Virus genome (UHGV): UHGV-0071542
Length of the DNA stretch: 40,492 nucleotides
Direction: 5' to 3' (one strand)
Source: a virus
Position 1 is the stretch's first letter. Every line of letters starts with the position of its first letter. A program made the translations under genes and the position numbers. Of the stretch, positions 36,419 through 40,492 are shown piece after piece. The notes beneath the pieces are model-generated. The model did not search any database. It had not been told where the DNA came from and was given only the letters and a program-made list of their open reading frames with translations.

Positions 36419-37356
36419 GCAACGACATCGCAAACATCAACGCACCAGTAGACACAGCAATCGCTGGAACTGCTGCAACTATTTTCAGCCCAGACGGCTT
36501 GAACCAACTGATGAAATTCGCCGAGGTAATGGCGCAAAGCCGCGTAACGGTACCGGCGCACCTCGCCGGGAAACCAGCTGATTGCATGGCCGTGGCAATG
36601 CAGGCTGCGCAGTGGGGAATGAACCCGTTTGCCGTGGCTCAGAAAACCCATGTTGTGAACGGCACGCTAGGTTATGAAGCCCAATTAGTAAACGCAGTTA
36701 TCTCAACGATGTCGCCAACAAAAGATCGCATCAACTACGAGTGGTTCGGGCCGTGGGAACGCGTGATCGGTAAGTTTGTTGAGAAAACATCCAAAAACGG
36801 CAATCCATATATCGCACCAGGCTGGACTCTAAAAGACGAAGAAGGCTGCGGTGTTCGCGTATGGGCAACCATGAAGGGCGAGGATCAACCTCGAGTGCTT
36901 GAGTTAATGCTGTCTCAAGCACAGGTAAGAAACTCCACACTTTGGGCCAGTGATCCGAAACAACAACTCGCATACCTTGCGACAAAACGCTGGTCTCGCC
37001 TGCACTGTCCTGACGTAATCATGGGCGTCTACACCCCAGACGAATTACAGGAAACGGCACCGCGCGTTGAGCGAGACATTACTCCGCAAACGACCACTGC
37101 TGCGGGAATGAACAGTCTGATCAACGCTAAACCAGCGAAAAAGCCTGATGAGCAAACGCGTAAAGCGGATAGCCGTGATCCAGAAGAAATGCTGATGGCC
37201 TTTACCAGCGCAGCGATGAATTACAGCACTGTCTCCGAACTGGATAAGGCTTACAAATACATTGCACAAAAACTTTCAGATGATGACGAACTGCTGGCAA
37301 AAGCCACCGACGTTTACAGCGTTCGTCGGGAAGAATTAAACGAAACATCTATGTAA
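36415..37356 (+). CDS. Single-strand annealing protein, Red-beta/RecT superfamily
   Basis: Motif AAQWGMNPF...GTLGY resembles lambda Bet ANQYGLNPW; ATG at 36415 overlaps upstream stop. Confidence 0.6.
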   Translation: MSNDIANINAPVDTAIAGTAATIFSPDGLNQLMKFAEVMAQSRVTVPAHLAGKPADCMAVAMQAAQWGMNPFAVAQKTHVVNGTLGYEAQLVNAVISTMSPTKDRINYEWFGPWERVIGKFVEKTSKNGNPYIAPGWTLKDEEGCGVRVWATMKGEDQPRVLELMLSQAQVRNSTLWASDPKQQLAYLATKRWSRLHCPDVIMGVYTPDELQETAPRVERDITPQTTTAAGMNSLINAKPAKKPDEQTRKADSRDPEEMLMAFTSAAMNYSTVSELDKAYKYIAQKLSDDDELLAKATDVYSVRREELNETSM

Positions 37357-37405
37357 CCACCACCGCGGCGCCACGCGCGCCGCACTGCAACCAAGAGAGG
37401 TATTT

Positions 37406-37654
37406 ATGAAAGGTGCATTAGGTAAGAAGGAACTCCTGGCGGTGGTGCCACTGTCATGGAGCACTATCGACCGTATGGAGCGCGCAGGGGAATTTCCTAA
37501 ACGCTGGTATATCACCGATAAACGCTGCGCATGGAACCGTGATGAAGTTGAGCGTTGGCTTGATGAACGTCAGGCAGCAAGCCCGGCAGAGTTCCAGGGT
37601 AAAAAACCTCCTGTTCAGCAACGTGTATATCGTCCCGTGAGCAACGCGGCATGA
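37406..37654 (+). CDS. AlpA-family excisionase/transcriptional regulator
   Basis: Small HTH protein with PLSWSTIDRMERAGEFPKRWYI...WNRDEVERWL pattern; near integrase. Confidence 0.6.
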   Translation: MKGALGKKELLAVVPLSWSTIDRMERAGEFPKRWYITDKRCAWNRDEVERWLDERQAASPAEFQGKKPPVQQRVYRPVSNAA

Positions 37655-37763
37655 GTGTGCTGCTAAGGCACTGGAGCAAATGGTCAGGATGGTACTTATT
37701 CCTGGCCTCTGTTTCTGCATGGCTTTATCTGCTGGCATTAATTTTCAGAGAGGGTTGGATTAA

Positions 37764-38063
37764 GTGAGAAAGTTAAGCCGACTTGAAAAATATCACATGA
37801 ACAAGGTTTCAATGCGCAGCCCTTCAAAGGTTGTTGCCGTTACTCCTGCGGCGATAGAGATCGAAAAACGCGCGATTGAAAGAGAGAAAAAAGGGCAGTT
37901 CCGCATTGCCGCCCACCTTTGGCTTCAGTGTATGGATGTTGCTTCTGGTGATGTTGAGCGTGCAAGGATCGCGGTTCGCAGGGACCAATGTATCACAAAA
38001 GGTAACGGCCTTCGCCGTGGCGACTATAGCGGTATAGGATGTTGCGGGGTGGTTTATGACTAA
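37764..38063 (+). CDS. Hypothetical small regulator-like protein
   Basis: Basic, helical, about 90-100 aa; start may be MNKVS. Confidence 0.35.
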   Translation: MRKLSRLEKYHMNKVSMRSPSKVVAVTPAAIEIEKRAIEREKKGQFRIAAHLWLQCMDVASGDVERARIAVRRDQCITKGNGLRRGDYSGIGCCGVVYD

Positions 38064-38706
38064 GAAATACACACTAATCTATGCAGATCCACCCTGGGTA
38101 TACCGGGACAAAGCCGCAGATGGTAATCGCGGTGCCGGTTTTAAATATCCGGTTATGAGTGTGATGGATATCTGCCGCCTTCCTGTGTGGGATTTGGCCG
38201 ATGAAAACTGTCTGTTGGCCATGTGGTGGGTGCCAACACAACCACTCGAAGCACTAAAAGTTGTTGAAGCCTGGGGATTCCGTCTGATGACCATGAAGGG
38301 ATTCACGTGGATAAAATGTGGTAGTCGACAACCAGATAAACTGGTTATGGGTATGGGTCACATGACTCGCGCCAATAGTGAAGATTGCCTGTTTGCAGTA
38401 AAGGGAAAACTACCTCCGCGCATTAATGCAGGGATCGTTCAGTCATTTACCGCACCGCGGCTTGAGCATTCAAGAAAACCAGATGTCGTTCGTGAAAAAC
38501 TTGTGCAATTGTTAGGCGATGTTTCTCGCATTGAACTGTTCGCCCGCCAGTCGTCTCATGGCTTCGATGTTTGGGGTAATCAGTGCGAAGACCCGGCAGT
38601 GCAACTACACCCTGGATACGCGTTGGATATTGCCAGATTAACAAATGCATTCAGCAATGCTCCGCTGTCACCAACAGACAACCAGGGGCGGGAGCGTGCA
38701 GCATGA
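38056..38706 (+). CDS. Orphan DNA N6-adenine methyltransferase (MT-A70-like)
   Basis: N-terminal catalytic motif DPPW; no restriction partner seen. Confidence 0.75.
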   Translation: MTKKYTLIYADPPWVYRDKAADGNRGAGFKYPVMSVMDICRLPVWDLADENCLLAMWWVPTQPLEALKVVEAWGFRLMTMKGFTWIKCGSRQPDKLVMGMGHMTRANSEDCLFAVKGKLPPRINAGIVQSFTAPRLEHSRKPDVVREKLVQLLGDVSRIELFARQSSHGFDVWGNQCEDPAVQLHPGYALDIARLTNAFSNAPLSPTDNQGRERAA

Positions 38707-38897
38707 ACCGGGCATCACCAGCAGATTTAAGGAAATGCCTTGAAACTGCAAACATGCTTGCACACAGCGGGATCAGGTTTGTTCCAATTCCCGCTGTCAC
38801 CGATGCTGAATTTGCAACGCTGTCAGCAATATTCGCAGACAAAATTGAATCACTGGCAGCAGAAGCCGAGATGGAAGAAAATCAGCAGAATAATTAA
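38703..38897 (+). CDS. Small hypothetical protein (64 aa) coupled to methyltransferase
   Basis: ATGA stop/start overlap with MTase; in-frame internal start of ORF-track ORF 38583..38897. Confidence 0.4.
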   Translation: MNRASPADLRKCLETANMLAHSGIRFVPIPAVTDAEFATLSAIFADKIESLAAEAEMEENQQNN

Positions 38898-38900
38898 ACG

Positions 38901-40151
38901 TTATTCCCCCGCCATCCACTTCTCAAACTTCGACGGGGAGAACGGAATCAGATCCGTATGCTCCCCGTCAATCCAAGAATCAATCATATCGGCCCACTGC
39001 TGCAACATGTAGGCGCGCTGTCTGGCGTATTCCGCTTTGTTATATACGGCGCGCACACCTTTCTGCTCATGTGCCAGAGCCTTTTCAATCCAGTCTGAAG
39101 GATAACCAGCCTCATGCAACAACGTACTGGCTGTACGGCGCATATCGTGTACGGTGAAGTCCTGAATATGCTCACCATCTTCATTTATTATTTTCACCGT
39201 TCTGTCGATCAGAGAGTTCAGTGCGGCATTAGATAATGGCTTCCGGAAATTGTAACGACCAGGAACCAGGTATTCACTTCCACCAGCGCACATCTGCAAC
39301 CCGACCAATATATCCTGTGCCTGTTTAGGCAGGTAAATAACGTGCGCCCGGCTTCCTTTCATGCGGTCTGAAGGAATTGTCCATGTCCATTTTTTAAAAT
39401 CTATTTCATCCCACGTTGCATTGGTGAATTCGCCCTTACGAACCATAGTGATAAGCACCAGTTTTAAAGCCATTTTCATAGTGCCCATAGCACCAATGGC
39501 ATCCAGCGTGCGGAAGAACAGGCCAATTTCTTCTGGTGTCAGTGTTCGCTCTCGTGGTTTAAATATGGCGATAGACGAAGGTTTAATGTCAGCCGCAGGA
39601 TTAAACAAACCATGACCACGGTCATTGGCGTGACGGTATACGCTACTGATGATCTCCCTGGCCTGCACTGCTGTTGCCCGGCCACCGCGTTCGACAATCC
39701 GGTCACACAAATCACGAACCATCGATGTGGTAATTTCAGCCATCATTTTATTGCCAAGAACCGGAAGTATGTCACGGTCGATCACCGCCTGTTTCATTGC
39801 GCGGGTACTGTCAGCCAGGATGACGTGTTTCATATAACTGTCGGTATGTACCGCAAACGTCTCGGCACCACGAATCTTTTTGATACCGTCACGTTTAGCC
39901 GCAGCCGGTGACTGGCCTGCTTTAAGCAGCTTCTTTGCAGCAATCAGTTCTTCTCGCGCTTCTGCCAGGCTGATACCGTCACGCCCATACTGCCCGATTA
40001 CCAGCGTTTCGCGGCGACCGTTGATACGGTAGTCGTAGCGAAACGAGACCGTGCCTGACGTAAGCACAGCTACATACAGCCCGTCACGATCGGAGACCTT
40101 GTACAGTTTGTCCTGCGGCTTGAGGTTTTTTAATTTTGTATCGGTAAGCAC
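38901..40151 (-). CDS. Tyrosine integrase (P4-like family)
   Basis: N-terminal arm-binding-like domain and C-terminal catalytic region ending HDMRRTASTLLHEAGY; adjacent to attR. Confidence 0.85.
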   Translation of the reverse strand: MLTDTKLKNLKPQDKLYKVSDRDGLYVAVLTSGTVSFRYDYRINGRRETLVIGQYGRDGISLAEAREELIAAKKLLKAGQSPAAAKRDGIKKIRGAETFAVHTDSYMKHVILADSTRAMKQAVIDRDILPVLGNKMMAEITTSMVRDLCDRIVERGGRATAVQAREIISSVYRHANDRGHGLFNPAADIKPSSIAIFKPRERTLTPEEIGLFFRTLDAIGAMGTMKMALKLVLITMVRKGEFTNATWDEIDFKKWTWTIPSDRMKGSRAHVIYLPKQAQDILVGLQMCAGGSEYLVPGRYNFRKPLSNAALNSLIDRTVKIINEDGEHIQDFTVHDMRRTASTLLHEAGYPSDWIEKALAHEQKGVRAVYNKAEYARQRAYMLQQWADMIDSWIDGEHTDLIPFSPSKFEKWMAGE

Positions 40152-40193
40152 AATTCACCCGTATAGAAACCATTTTCATGACGGTATGAGAGT

Positions 40194-40208
40194 ATACCTT
40201 TAAGGTAA
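40194..40208. promoter_or_regulatory. Operator-like site ATACCTTTAAGGTAA upstream of integrase
   Basis: About 40 bp upstream of int start on the sense strand. Confidence 0.4.
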
Positions 40209-40269
40209 TACCGTCACCTGTACCGCCGAAAAATATGGTGTAGAGTGAATAGAAATGAATACATAAAAA

Positions 40270-40293
40270 CAAAAACCCTCTGTAAAAACAGAG
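40270..40293. terminator. Phage-borne copy of the guaA-region terminator hairpin
   Basis: CCCTCTGT-AAAA-ACAGAGGG + TTT, near-identical to host hairpin at 1141-1165. Confidence 0.55.
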
Positions 40294-40341
40294 GGTTTAG
40301 TTAGTATCTGAATAGGAATGACTTGCTATGAGTTAGCTGTT

Positions 40342-40358
40342 AATCATTCCCACTCAAT
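40342..40358. repeat. attR core, 17-bp direct repeat AATCATTCCCACTCAAT
   Basis: Identical to 1189-1205; contains guaA stop codon (TCA on + strand at 40344-40346). Confidence 0.7.
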
Positions 40359-40492
40359 GGTAGCTGGTGGCTTGCCGCTGATGTCATACACCACGCGGGA
40401 AATACCGTTCACTTCATTGATAATGCGGTTGGAAACGCGACCGAGGAAATCGTACGGCAGATGCGCCCAGTGTGCGGTCATAAAGTCGATGG
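40344..40492 (-). CDS. guaA: GMP synthase, C-terminal fragment (runs off window)
   Basis: Reverse-strand translation ends ...[42 protein letters not shown]. Confidence 0.85.

Overview
The window is almost entirely one intact ~39 kb temperate prophage (about 1206..40341) integrated at the 3' end of host guaA, flanked by a 17-bp direct repeat (AATCATTCCCACTCAAT at 1189-1205 and 40342-40358). Host genes lie at the left edge (a 172-aa glycine-zipper lipoprotein and a 179-aa secreted protein, yfgH/yfgI-like) and at the right edge (guaA C-terminus, ...PPATIEWE). Gene order and content resemble epsilon15-like podoviruses (from memory, not searched). Right to left: integrase; + strand early-left operon (MT-A70 adenine methylase, AlpA-like excisionase, Red-beta/RecT-like annealing protein, PD-(D/E)XK exonuclease, charged coiled-coil protein); immunity region (two-HTH repressor lacking a peptidase domain, Cro-like); replication initiator with in-gene iterons and a lambda-P-like helicase loader; a block of small Ead/Ea22-like genes; terminase small and large; a + strand island with tRNA-Arg(UCU) and an AT-rich membrane/coiled-coil moron; portal, scaffold, capsid, tail-tube and internal virion proteins; an SOS-box-controlled small + strand gene; tail fibre with C-terminal chaperone domain; and a holin/GH19 endolysin/Rz-Rz1 cassette. 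The most notable signals are a dispersed palindrome TTACC-N5-GGTAA (10 copies listed, one of them a degenerate left arm) placed at promoter elements across the prophage, a near-consensus LexA box in front of a small late-region gene (candidate antirepressor), and the tRNA/moron island. All protein calls rest on remembered motifs and gene order; no database search was possible.
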